Made by a program: the position numbers and the translations under genes. Under the pieces are notes generated by a model. The model was not told the DNA's origin. It searched no databases and worked only from the letters and a program-made list of their open reading frames with translations. This document shows, in pieces, positions 47,601 through 55,287 of a stretch of DNA of 64,000 nt (position 1 is its first letter; each line of letters opens with the position of its first letter). Source of the DNA: Clostridiales bacterium (lineage in GTDB: Bacteria; Bacillota; Clostridia; Christensenellales; UBA1242); NCBI GenBank assembly GCA_015055665.1, contig SVHX01000004.1, forward strand, positions 28,021 through 92,020. Reading direction: 5' to 3'.

Positions 47601-47904
47601 AATTGGCATCCTTAGAGCACTTGGCGCAAGAGGCTCAGATGTATTCGGAATCTTCTTTAACGAGAGCTTAATCATTGCAGGTATCAACTTTGTACTAGCA
47701 TCAATTGCTACAGTTACAACTTGCATTATTATCAACAACGTTGTTGTTGCAGACTTAGGTCTAGACTTAGTATTCTTATCTGTTGGCATTAGACAATTTG
47801 CATTAATGCTCGGAATAAGCGTACTATCTGCCTTCATTGCTAGCTTCATCCCTGTATTTAGAATAGCTCGTAAGAAACCTATTGACGCAATCAATAATAG
47901 ATAA
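44683..47904 (+). CDS. Fused ABC ATPase / FtsX-type permease (MacB-like), 1073 aa
   Basis: GKSGSGKSTLLN, LSGGQKQRVAIARAL and ADEPTGALD motifs. One TM, then an extracytoplasmic region of about 580 aa, then three C-terminal FtsX-like TM helices. AAGGAGG RBS 9 nt after the HD gene stop. Confidence 0.85.
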   Translation: MLQVKNLIKMYRIGKSKEKVTALSGVSIDFPEKGLVFLLGKSGSGKSTLLNAIGGLDTFDSGEIIIKGKSSADFTQADFDSYRNTFIGFIFQEYNILEEFTVAKNLSIALELQGKKADKEEVDKLLDQVDMLEYGKRKPNQLSGGQKQRVAIARALIKNPEIIMADEPTGALDSNTGKQVMDTLKKLSKEKLVIIVSHDREFAEIYGDRIIELKDGKIIQDITKKEVEPAKTQSGVSIIDNSIIHIKKGTPLTNDDIRQISEVLTTQSRNTDILISIDDKANQQVKKASFITDEGNKETFVQTSPEDTALKKYDPKEFKLIKSQLKFKDSFKMGASALKNKVWKLVFTIFLSFLAFGMFGVVDTLSTFNRADAVFSTIELTGEKHLSLLKEAKADGYPTRQPTSASDLSKFQKDNQDIMFQPVVGTNARFNQSIGYYSSGDSNKLYINNLMTSGTHPAYEPYTSGVVDISESKLKNLGFELLPGGKLPEDDDPGIIEICISKHLYECYKNNNPDTIKSESDILNKTCTLHNDYSNSSMFQYKIVGIIDNHEDLSEFYNMDSEALNSFAGMMTESKMRTILNYGYNSMIYTTKTHFDQLSSRKLSTSAPIWHDGDEYASNNLELQRLDTYQNKKNNYYNELPDYYYQNFNDNFYIKNNAKLASPAGIIPLADNEVILYRYCLSYIISETDNASDSELMSAIDAGVTIKLRQTENSADDVLGEPLTVVGYANYYGTIISNDKLKLALSEYPTVYVFNSEDEYFGHNYYTEEIRTPSETFKSQYSFESKITYYNGTADYTGDVNLKEDEIILPLSYMFGNNNYISDESARKLAAQAMIAERSCKVTLKEYNDEDSPIICTFTVVGYNEYDNEACYISEEYLNTYIKDRVYGYDYVIASIGDNVRAHRDFITSCEKYNDDNIKFAVQNGSTSVLDNFGNTIEQVASILIWFALGIALFASLLLMNFISTSISYKKREIGILRALGARGSDVFGIFFNESLIIAGINFVLASIATVTTCIIINNVVVADLGLDLVFLSVGIRQFALMLGISVLSAFIASFIPVFRIARKKPIDAINNR

Positions 47905-47923
47905 TTACATTTATTAATATTGT

Positions 47924-47961
47924 AAAAAAAGAACATCATTTACTTTATGATGTTCTTTTTT
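47924..47961. terminator. Bidirectional terminator
   Basis: AAAGAACATCAT-ttacttt-ATGATGTTCTTT, flanked by an A-run and a T-run. Confidence 0.7.
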
Positions 47962-47994
47962 ATATCAAATCAATAGCATCTAATAAATTTTATA

Positions 47995-48459
47995 TTATTC
48001 AAAGAGATTAATAACTTTTAATCCTTTTCTTTTTGCATATCTCAAAGAACTAACTGCTCCACTTAGACATCTATGCTCATCAACATAGCAAATAGCTGTA
48101 TCACATTGATCTATCATTTTATGATTACTTACAATTATCTGTCGCTTGAAATGTACATCTTCTATATCATATATTACTGTATCTACATCGTCGTATTTGC
48201 TGTATTTAGATAATCCATGCTTATTTTTTTGTAATATTGTTAAACTAGTTAATACAACCTCAATACCAAGCTCAACAAAACTATCTCGCACACGCCTACA
48301 AGCCATCAAAGCTATATTATCGAAATCCCCATGCGTACCTATTACAAACTGGTTACAGCCACACTCAACCTCTTTTATAATTGCCGCATACACCTTTTCC
48401 TCAATACCTTCTTCGATTATATCCCTATGACCAATAAAACAACACTTCCTATTATTCAT
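47995..48459 (-). CDS. SLOG/DUF1273-like protein
   Basis: N-terminal KCCFIGHR motif and 154-aa length, as in the DUF1273 (YpsA-like SLOG) family. No clear RBS. Confidence 0.6.
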   Translation of the reverse strand: MNNRKCCFIGHRDIIEEGIEEKVYAAIIKEVECGCNQFVIGTHGDFDNIALMACRRVRDSFVELGIEVVLTSLTILQKNKHGLSKYSKYDDVDTVIYDIEDVHFKRQIIVSNHKMIDQCDTAICYVDEHRCLSGAVSSLRYAKRKGLKVINLFE

Positions 48460-48515
48460 ACTGCTAATTATAGCATAAAAATATAAAAATCAAATCAAAT
48501 GCTAAACTTAGCAGT
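48460..48515. promoter_or_regulatory. Large inverted repeat in the divergent SLOG / XRE promoter region
   Basis: ACTGCTAATTATAGCAT (48460-76) pairs with ATGCTAAACTTAGCAGT (48499-515). Arms match 15/17, with a 22-nt AT-rich spacer. Confidence 0.35.
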
Positions 48516-48566
48516 AAATATTTTTATTACTTTCATATACTACAAGTATAAAAAGGAGATAAAAAT

Positions 48567-48806
48567 ATGAAGTTGGCGGACGCTGTTATCTTAAGAATCG
48601 AACAATTATGTATAGAGAAGAATATGACCAAATACGACTTGTATAAGAATAGTGGAGTACCTCAATCAACTCTAACATCTATCAAAAAGAAACGTAGCGG
48701 TTCGGTAAAACTAATTACACTATACTGGATATGCGAAGGCTTTGATATAACCATACAAGAATTTTTTGATTCTCCATTATTTAACAAAGACAATATAGTA
48801 GAATAA
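48567..48806 (+). CDS. XRE-family HTH protein (79 aa)
   Basis: MTKYDLYKNSGVPQSTLTSIKK HTH_3 pattern. AAGGAGA RBS. Confidence 0.75.
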   Translation: MKLADAVILRIEQLCIEKNMTKYDLYKNSGVPQSTLTSIKKKRSGSVKLITLYWICEGFDITIQEFFDSPLFNKDNIVE

Positions 48807-48808
48807 AC

Positions 48809-48853
48809 AAAAAAAGAACAACTAGCTAATTTCCCGCACGTTGTTCTTTTTTT
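48809..48853. terminator. Bidirectional terminator (XRE / tsaD)
   Basis: AAGAACAAC...GTTGTTCTT stem flanked by an A-run and a T-run. Confidence 0.65.
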
Positions 48854-48856
48854 GTT

Positions 48857-49948
48857 CTACAATTTTTCTTTACGCCTCTCCCATTTAAGATTTATATTAG
48901 GTGCAGGCGTTAGATCTAGCCCTGCTAGTCCTTCTCCGTTGATTGCCATAAAGTATCCTTCGGAGGCTATCATTGCACCGTTATCTCCTGTCAATTTTAT
49001 CTCTGGGAAATACACCTTTATGCCGTTTTGTTCGCCAGCTCTACTCAATTCTTCCCTTAATGCAGAATTCGCAGAAACGCCTCCTCCTACAACAAGAGTT
49101 TTCGACTTGCACTTATTACAAGCACCAATACTTTTGTTAACAAGTTCGCCAACAACTTGTGCCTGCATAGATGCACATATATCATTTACAGGTATTTCCT
49201 TACCAGCTTGCTTAAGCTTGTGTACATAATTTATTATGCTAGTCTTGATTCCGCTAAAGCTAAAGTCAAATGTATTAGGCAATATCTCATGACTAACAAA
49301 CTTAATGTTATTCTCCCCTTCGTGTGCTTTTTTGTCAACAACTATGCCACCGGGATATCCTAAGCCTAGAGTTTTTGCAACTTTGTCGTAGCACTCTCCG
49401 ACGGCATCATCTATTGTTGATCCCAACAAAGTGTTCTTAGTATAATCGTTAACCTTAACAAGTGCGGTATGTCCACCACTAACTATTAGGGATACAAATG
49501 GTGGCTTTAGTTCTGGATAGGTCAAATAATTAGCACTAATATGACCTTTGATATGATTAACCGCAATAAGCGGTTTGTTAGTAGCATAAGATAACGCCTT
49601 GGCATAACTTACACCTACCATTAACGCACCAACAAGCCCTGCCCCATAAGTAACAGCAATTGCATCAATATCCTCAAGCGTTACATTTGCCTTGGTTAGA
49701 GCCTCTTCCAATACAGTGTCTAACGCAAGCAGATGATTACGACTAGCAACCTCCGGAACAACTCCGCCAAATCTTGCATGGATATCTATCTGGGTTGCAA
49801 TAACGTTGCTTAGCCTCTCTCTACCATTGCGAACTACAGCGATACTAGTTTCGTCACAACTGCTTTCTATTCCAAGCACAAGTATATCTTGTTTTTTATA
49901 GTTTTTTCTTATCTCATTAAATTTTTGTTTAACAATATCTTTGTACAT
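48857..49948 (-). CDS. tsaD: tRNA N6-adenosine threonylcarbamoyltransferase
   Basis: VLGIESSCDETSIAV, HIKGHI, SGGHTAL and VVGGGVSANSALRE motifs. About 20 aa of N-terminal extension relative to typical TsaD. Confidence 0.92.
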   Translation of the reverse strand: MYKDIVKQKFNEIRKNYKKQDILVLGIESSCDETSIAVVRNGRERLSNVIATQIDIHARFGGVVPEVASRNHLLALDTVLEEALTKANVTLEDIDAIAVTYGAGLVGALMVGVSYAKALSYATNKPLIAVNHIKGHISANYLTYPELKPPFVSLIVSGGHTALVKVNDYTKNTLLGSTIDDAVGECYDKVAKTLGLGYPGGIVVDKKAHEGENNIKFVSHEILPNTFDFSFSGIKTSIINYVHKLKQAGKEIPVNDICASMQAQVVGELVNKSIGACNKCKSKTLVVGGGVSANSALREELSRAGEQNGIKVYFPEIKLTGDNGAMIASEGYFMAINGEGLAGLDLTPAPNINLKWERRKEKL

Positions 49949-49974
49949 AATTCACTTCTTTCTTATGTTATATA

Positions 49975-51076
49975 TTAATTAATTACTTTTAGGAATTCGA
50001 ACACAAAGTCCTTTAGGTTGCCATCCATAACTCCGTATACATCACTTGTTTCCATACCTGTTCGGTGATCTTTTACCATAGTATAAGGACAGAACACGTA
50101 GCTGCGAATCTGACTACCCCACTCAATCTTCTTGGAATCCCCTTTAAGTGCAAGTGCCTCGTTCATCTTCTTCTCAATCTCAATCGAAATAAGCTTGGCA
50201 CGCAACATAGACATAGCAGTTTCCCTATTCTGAATCTGAGATCTTTCGTTCTGACAAGCAACCACAATACCGGTAGGAAGATGTGTAATCCTTACCGCAC
50301 TATCTGTAGTATTAACGTGCTGACCCCCAGCTCCACCACTACGATACACGTCAATCTTAAGATCTTCTTGTCTAATATCCACACTAACATCTTGAGATAG
50401 CTCTGGCATAACCTCTACAGATGCAAAGCTTGTGTGCCTACGCTTGTTGCTATCGAAAGGAGAAATCCTCACCAATCTATGCACGCCCATTTCACTCTTC
50501 AAATATCCGTATGCGTTATCCCCATCAACCTTAAGCGTTACGCTTTTTATCCCTGCGCCATCACCATCTATAGTATCTAGTATACTACACTTTAGTCCAA
50601 GCTTACCTACAAACATCTGGTACATACGTTGCAACATACTTGCCCAGTCGCATGACTCTGTTCCACCTGCACCACTATGAATCTTAATTATGGCATTGTT
50701 GTTGTCGTACTCTCCCGACAACAACACATTAAGGTATAGCTCGTTAATATCCGACTCAAGACTTTTGAGAGTATCGTCAATGTCTGTCACCATACTCTCA
50801 TCCCCCTCAAGCTCGCACATCTCTATGTAATCTGCCATGTCCATTACTCTTGTTTCGAGTTTGTCTAATTTATCCACCTTGTCAGACATAACCTTAAGGT
50901 CTTTGTTTAGCTGGGTAGCCACACTAGGTGTCGAATACACATTAGGATCAAGCAGAGCTTCCCTCTTCTCTTCTATCTTAACTTTAAGACTATCTACATC
51001 AAAGACAGTCGGCAACAATTTTCAAGTTGCCGACAACTTTGCTAAGTATTTCTTTCTGATCATTAAGTATTAACAT
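49975..51076 (-). CDS. prfB: Peptide chain release factor 2 (requires +1 programmed frameshift)
   Basis: Frame 0 runs from ATG 51076 (GGAG RBS): MLILNDQKEILSKVVGNLKIVADCL, then TGA. The +1 frame continues DVDSLKVKIEE... and contains SPF (RISPFD) and GGQ (GGAGGQHVN). Confidence 0.93.
50998..51004 (-). other. prfB +1 frameshift site CTT TGA T
   Basis: CTT at 51004..51002 and TGA at 51001..50999. The downstream frame resumes with GAT at 51000..50998. I verified this nucleotide by nucleotide. Confidence 0.85.
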
Positions 51077-51102
51077 AATTCATCTCCAATTTATACGTAC
51101 TA

Positions 51103-51132
51103 AGTATAACACATATTTTACACACTTTTCAA
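51103..51132 (-). promoter_or_regulatory. Candidate prfB promoter
   Basis: On the minus strand: TTGAAA, 18-nt spacer ending in TGt, then TATACT. Confidence 0.4.
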
Positions 51133-51203
51133 GTGTTTTTCTGGTTATTCGCTACCAATTAATCACCCCTTCAACAATTTCCGCATCACATTATCCACAA
51201 CAA

Positions 51204-51230
51204 AGAAAAAAGAAGAGATACTATCTCTTC
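51204..51230 (-). terminator. Terminator after the tandem paralogue pair
   Basis: On the minus strand: GAAGAGAT-agt-ATCTCTTC followed by TTTTTT. Confidence 0.65.
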
Positions 51231-51320
51231 CAATTTCTTACAACCTTGACAATATCAGATTTAGTACGCATATACAACTCTTTAGGTTGTTTATTGATTT
51301 TATCATCATGCTTAGTATTA

Positions 51321-51893
51321 TTACATCTCGCTCTCAGATACTGTTTCAGATGCAAGCTTTTCGCATCTAAGTTTCTCACACCAACGGTTTTTAACAGCTG
51401 TCATAATAGGCTTAACATCATAATAATTAACTTTCTTATTAGACCCATAATTAGCTATGTATTGTTGCTTCTCTCTATTATCATTTGCGTTAATTGTTGC
51501 AATTCGAAAATCATTGAATTTCTTGCTATTAATGTAATCTTTAAGCTCTGACAACGCCATATCCGCTCTGCAAATATCAATAAAGTTAGGATCCATATCA
51601 TAAAATTTAACAAATGTAGATATAGCAGCCTCGAACTTGTTCTCATCCATATAACCATCAGACGAATTGAATACATATATCTGACAATCATCTAAGTTCT
51701 GCAGACTGTTCCTTCCTAATATAAATGCCTCGACTTTGCCATTACAATCATAACAAAAGTACACTGTATTCAATCCGCGTGGAAGGTTATTAGCTTGTGC
51801 CTTCTGGTACGTCGACATAGGTTTTTTGCTATAACGCAGTTTGCCTTTTTCGAAAGACCTTTTTATCCTTTGATCCATCCTGGTAATGCCCAT
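51321..51893 (-). CDS. Hypothetical protein, paralogue B of a tandem pair (190 aa)
   Basis: AGGAGG RBS. Shares VYFCYDCNGK, (Y/F)IDI.RAD.AL and D(I/V)KP.M.AVK motifs with the adjacent gene. Confidence 0.65.
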   Translation of the reverse strand: MGITRMDQRIKRSFEKGKLRYSKKPMSTYQKAQANNLPRGLNTVYFCYDCNGKVEAFILGRNSLQNLDDCQIYVFNSSDGYMDENKFEAAISTFVKFYDMDPNFIDICRADMALSELKDYINSKKFNDFRIATINANDNREKQQYIANYGSNKKVNYYDVKPIMTAVKNRWCEKLRCEKLASETVSESEM

Positions 51894-51905
51894 ACGAACC
51901 TCCTA

Positions 51906-52475
51906 TTAGATCTCGTTAGCAGATTGATTCTCTTGCTCATCAATCTTTCTCATAATTTTAAGCTCTTTGCACATTTCCTTCTTAACAGCAAACATAAGGG
52001 GTTTAATATCAACGTAACTAAATCTCATAGTATCTAAATAATTCTCAACGAATTCCACCTTAGCCTTTACAGACTTTAACTTACCAAGTTCAGTGGTATA
52101 TTCTTGGAACGAATTCTTAGATTCTACACCCTTTTCCTCTGCCTCTTGACTAATTCTCTTATGGAAAGACTCAAGAGCCACATCTGCACGCATAATATCT
52201 ATATATTTTGGATCGTATCCGTACTTATCCACAAACAAATCCTTGGCACACTCATCCCTATCGTCTACATAGAAGCACTCGTCTATGATTGCCTCTGGCG
52301 AAGATCCAGGAACGATATTACGAATCTTCTTGTTATTACGACTATATTCATAAGCAGTAATCTTACCATTGCAATCGTAACAGAAATACACATCTCTTAA
52401 TGAGTGTCTAAGAACGTGTTTTACCACAAATTCTTTTACTGCCGGCTTTTGCTTACTCAATTTTAATTTTGTCAT
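51906..52475 (-). CDS. Hypothetical protein, paralogue A of a tandem pair (189 aa)
   Basis: GGGGGA RBS. Sits 12 nt upstream of paralogue B and carries the same three motif blocks. Confidence 0.65.
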   Translation of the reverse strand: MTKLKLSKQKPAVKEFVVKHVLRHSLRDVYFCYDCNGKITAYEYSRNNKKIRNIVPGSSPEAIIDECFYVDDRDECAKDLFVDKYGYDPKYIDIMRADVALESFHKRISQEAEEKGVESKNSFQEYTTELGKLKSVKAKVEFVENYLDTMRFSYVDIKPLMFAVKKEMCKELKIMRKIDEQENQSANEI

Positions 52476-52681
52476 ATGTTAATCCCCCAATCTAATTAAA
52501 AACTTGATCATCCGAACACCACTCGGACTACATTGTGTACACATTATACCATACTTAAATCCAAATTTCAATACCCTTTTAAAAATTTTTTTAGTCATTT
52601 AATAATAGTAAGATATTTAGATTTATGATATAATAGGCAATATAGGTGGTGATTAATTTGCACCAAAAGGAGATAATAATT

Positions 52682-53017
52682 ATGGATTCCAAAGATTACA
52701 TAGGTAAAATAGTTACAGTTACCATGGATAGACCAATGGGAAGCACTCACCCGAAACACGGATTCGTATACCCTGTTAATTATGGATATATCGAAGGGAC
52801 AATGTCTGGAGATGGCGAAGAGCTAGACGCATACGTACTAGGCGAACATAAGCCACTAGATACATTTCAAGGTAGAGTTATTGCAGTTATCCACCGACTT
52901 AATGATAATGATGACAAATTGGTTGTTATGGCAGATGGTCGAGATTACTCCAATGACGCAATACTAGCACTCACCGAATTCCAAGAGAAATGGTTCGAAT
53001 CTACAATAATTAGATAA
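52682..53017 (+). CDS. Minimal family-I inorganic pyrophosphatase-like protein (111 aa)
   Basis: YPVNYGYIEGT...DGEELDAYVLG...IAVIHRLNDNDDKLVVM parallels the PPase core (YP.NYGFIP.T..DGDPLD.LVL...M.DE..D.K). ATG 52682 with AAGGAG RBS. It lacks the N- and C-terminal parts of canonical PPase. Confidence 0.6.
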   Translation: MDSKDYIGKIVTVTMDRPMGSTHPKHGFVYPVNYGYIEGTMSGDGEELDAYVLGEHKPLDTFQGRVIAVIHRLNDNDDKLVVMADGRDYSNDAILALTEFQEKWFESTIIR

Positions 53018-53043
53018 CCCGATTACTTTATAATACTATCCAC

Positions 53044-53091
53044 AAAAAAAAGCTATGTTGATCAAAATACCCATCAACATAGCTTTTTTTA
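53044..53091. terminator. Bidirectional terminator
   Basis: 12-bp stem AGCTATGTTGAT...ATCAACATAGCT, flanked by an A-run and a T-run. Confidence 0.7.
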
Positions 53092-53093
53092 AC

Positions 53094-53471
53094 CTATAAC
53101 CTATGCCCGCACACCGAACATCTCTTCATATCTTTTGTATTTTTGTGTCCGCAATTCTTGCAAACTTTATATTTGCTACCAGTTTCCACATCTTCGTGTA
53201 AACAACCATCTCCAATAACAATATCGCAATCCTTGTGTTCCATTTTAGTTTTATCGTATGTACGCGTAGCATTATTATTCTTAGGAAGATGCAATATTAT
53301 TGTTAGGACAAAACCAAATACCGCTATCAAAAAACCAATTGTCGCAAACACCGAAACTATCACCGTTGGCATCTTAAACATACTACCAACCATGGTAAAG
53401 AAAATACATATTACCATACCGATTAATATTACAACTTGACCAATATTATTTTCTTTTTTGTTATTATCCAT
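53094..53471 (-). CDS. Small membrane protein with a C-terminal zinc ribbon
   Basis: Two TM helices followed by CKNCGH...CSVCGH. GGAGA RBS. Confidence 0.6.
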   Translation of the reverse strand: MDNNKKENNIGQVVILIGMVICIFFTMVGSMFKMPTVIVSVFATIGFLIAVFGFVLTIILHLPKNNNATRTYDKTKMEHKDCDIVIGDGCLHEDVETGSKYKVCKNCGHKNTKDMKRCSVCGHRL

Positions 53472-53768
53472 TTTCTTGTCTCCGTTATTTAATACAAGTT
53501 TTTTTGTTTCAGCAATAGTTGTACTTTAAATATTTACTTTACTACTCCAAAATTATCTTCAAATCATTTTCTAACATTAATAATAACGAAAAATCTTGGA
53601 TATTCTGCAATATATGCCTTACTAATATATCCAGCAATTAACATATCAACTTTATATGAAATATACCACAAAAACCCAAAACAAGCAATTAAAAATATTT
53701 TATGTTCTAAAATAAATTTATAAATATTGTTTTATATAAATTCTATAAATATTTTAATTTTGACATCA

Positions 53769-55070
53769 TTATTGTTCAAAGCAATTTGGCAGCAGTTTGT
53801 CACCAAGTTTTGGGTTCTCATTGGAAACATCTTTTTTGTTCTTTTCATTATATAAATATATTAGTAAGCTATTTGCACGATTAAAATTATCTACAAAATT
53901 CCCATTATGACTATCCGTTTTCTTCCCGTCATATCCCATAAATTTTAATATTTCGGGGATATGATTAGTTATGTATTCACATGCATATGCAAGAAAATCA
54001 AAATCATTATTTATCGCATTGGGATTCAAATAAATATACGCCGCCATATTTGACACAACTTCTTTTATAAGTTGTGAGTTATATGAAGAATAATTGCAAC
54101 TTTTTAGTACTTTAATTATTTCAGTCAGAACATAATTATATTGTGATAATTTATCAATACCTTTATTGTCTAGTTTTGCACCAGCCAAAAAATTAATAGT
54201 GTTTTTTATAATTTTTATATCATTTTCTAACATTATTCTTGAATCAAAATTTTCAAATTTGTTATAACCAATTGTATACAAATAATCTATTAAAGACCAC
54301 GTAGACTGCTCAAATTTGCTATTTTTGCCTTCAATATGTAATATCAAATCCAATAAATCATCATTGATAAAATCAATTGTGTTATGTCTACTTATAAGCA
54401 TTATTTTTCTAATAATATTTAATATTTCAGGAGTATAATCTATTCTTGAAAAAATACTATATAATTGCTTTTCATAAGGCTTTAATTCTTCAAAAGACAA
54501 TTCTCCGCTCAAAACTTCATGATATATTCGTTGCAGTTGTTTTTTACTATAACGTACAGGTTTTAAAACTTCTTCCGGAACTTCCAGACCAGAAACGCCA
54601 CCATTAAACGCACGTATTTCAAGAATATCTATTACTTTATTATATAATAATTGCATTTCTAATGTATAGTTTTTTATTTCGTCTTTATTGGGAACATAAT
54701 TAAAATATTTCATTTGATCTAACCAAGCATCTAGAAAATTATTATATACTTTTTTCTCTGGAAGAAATTTATTTTGATCATTATCAACTCTCATTTTTCT
54801 TAATTTTTGCAAGTCATCAAAATAAAAGTCAGTAAATTCACCGAAGTTTAAATTTATAAAATCATTAAAATTTACTATAAAAGAAAAATTGTTTAAAAAT
54901 TTTATTACATCTTTATCATCAAAAAATATAAACCCTATATCTTCAATATTGGCATTTGCTGAATATTTTTCAATTATGATATTTGGAATTTTCTGATTAT
55001 CTGTTACATTAAAGATTAAATCTAAATCTTTTTTCTGTACATAAATCCCCTTGCTTGTAATTATTTTCAT
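53769..55070 (-). CDS. Hypothetical protein (433 aa), very AT-rich orphan
   Basis: ATG 55070 with GGGGAG RBS; I rejected the track TTG start 15 codons upstream. Asn/Ile/Lys/Phe-rich with no motif recognised. Confidence 0.6.
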   Translation of the reverse strand: MKIITSKGIYVQKKDLDLIFNVTDNQKIPNIIIEKYSANANIEDIGFIFFDDKDVIKFLNNFSFIVNFNDFINLNFGEFTDFYFDDLQKLRKMRVDNDQNKFLPEKKVYNNFLDAWLDQMKYFNYVPNKDEIKNYTLEMQLLYNKVIDILEIRAFNGGVSGLEVPEEVLKPVRYSKKQLQRIYHEVLSGELSFEELKPYEKQLYSIFSRIDYTPEILNIIRKIMLISRHNTIDFINDDLLDLILHIEGKNSKFEQSTWSLIDYLYTIGYNKFENFDSRIMLENDIKIIKNTINFLAGAKLDNKGIDKLSQYNYVLTEIIKVLKSCNYSSYNSQLIKEVVSNMAAYIYLNPNAINNDFDFLAYACEYITNHIPEILKFMGYDGKKTDSHNGNFVDNFNRANSLLIYLYNEKNKKDVSNENPKLGDKLLPNCFEQ

Positions 55071-55189
55071 AAACTCCCCAATCCAATTTCTTATTCCAAG
55101 TAAAACTATCACCAATATAATATCACATCAATAATGCATTTTCAATACTTTATACAAAATATAACATACATTAAATCAAACGACTTTAT

Positions 55190-55228
55190 ATAAAAAATGA
55201 CACCCTAGTTAGATTTTGGGTGTCATTT
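55190..55228 (-). terminator. secA terminator
   Basis: On the minus strand: ATGACACCC...GGGTGTCAT followed by TTTTTT. Confidence 0.65.
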
Positions 55229-55287
55229 AGCTGTAACAATGTCAAATTTAACAATTTTTCATATTTTAAAAATTACGGATTATAGGG

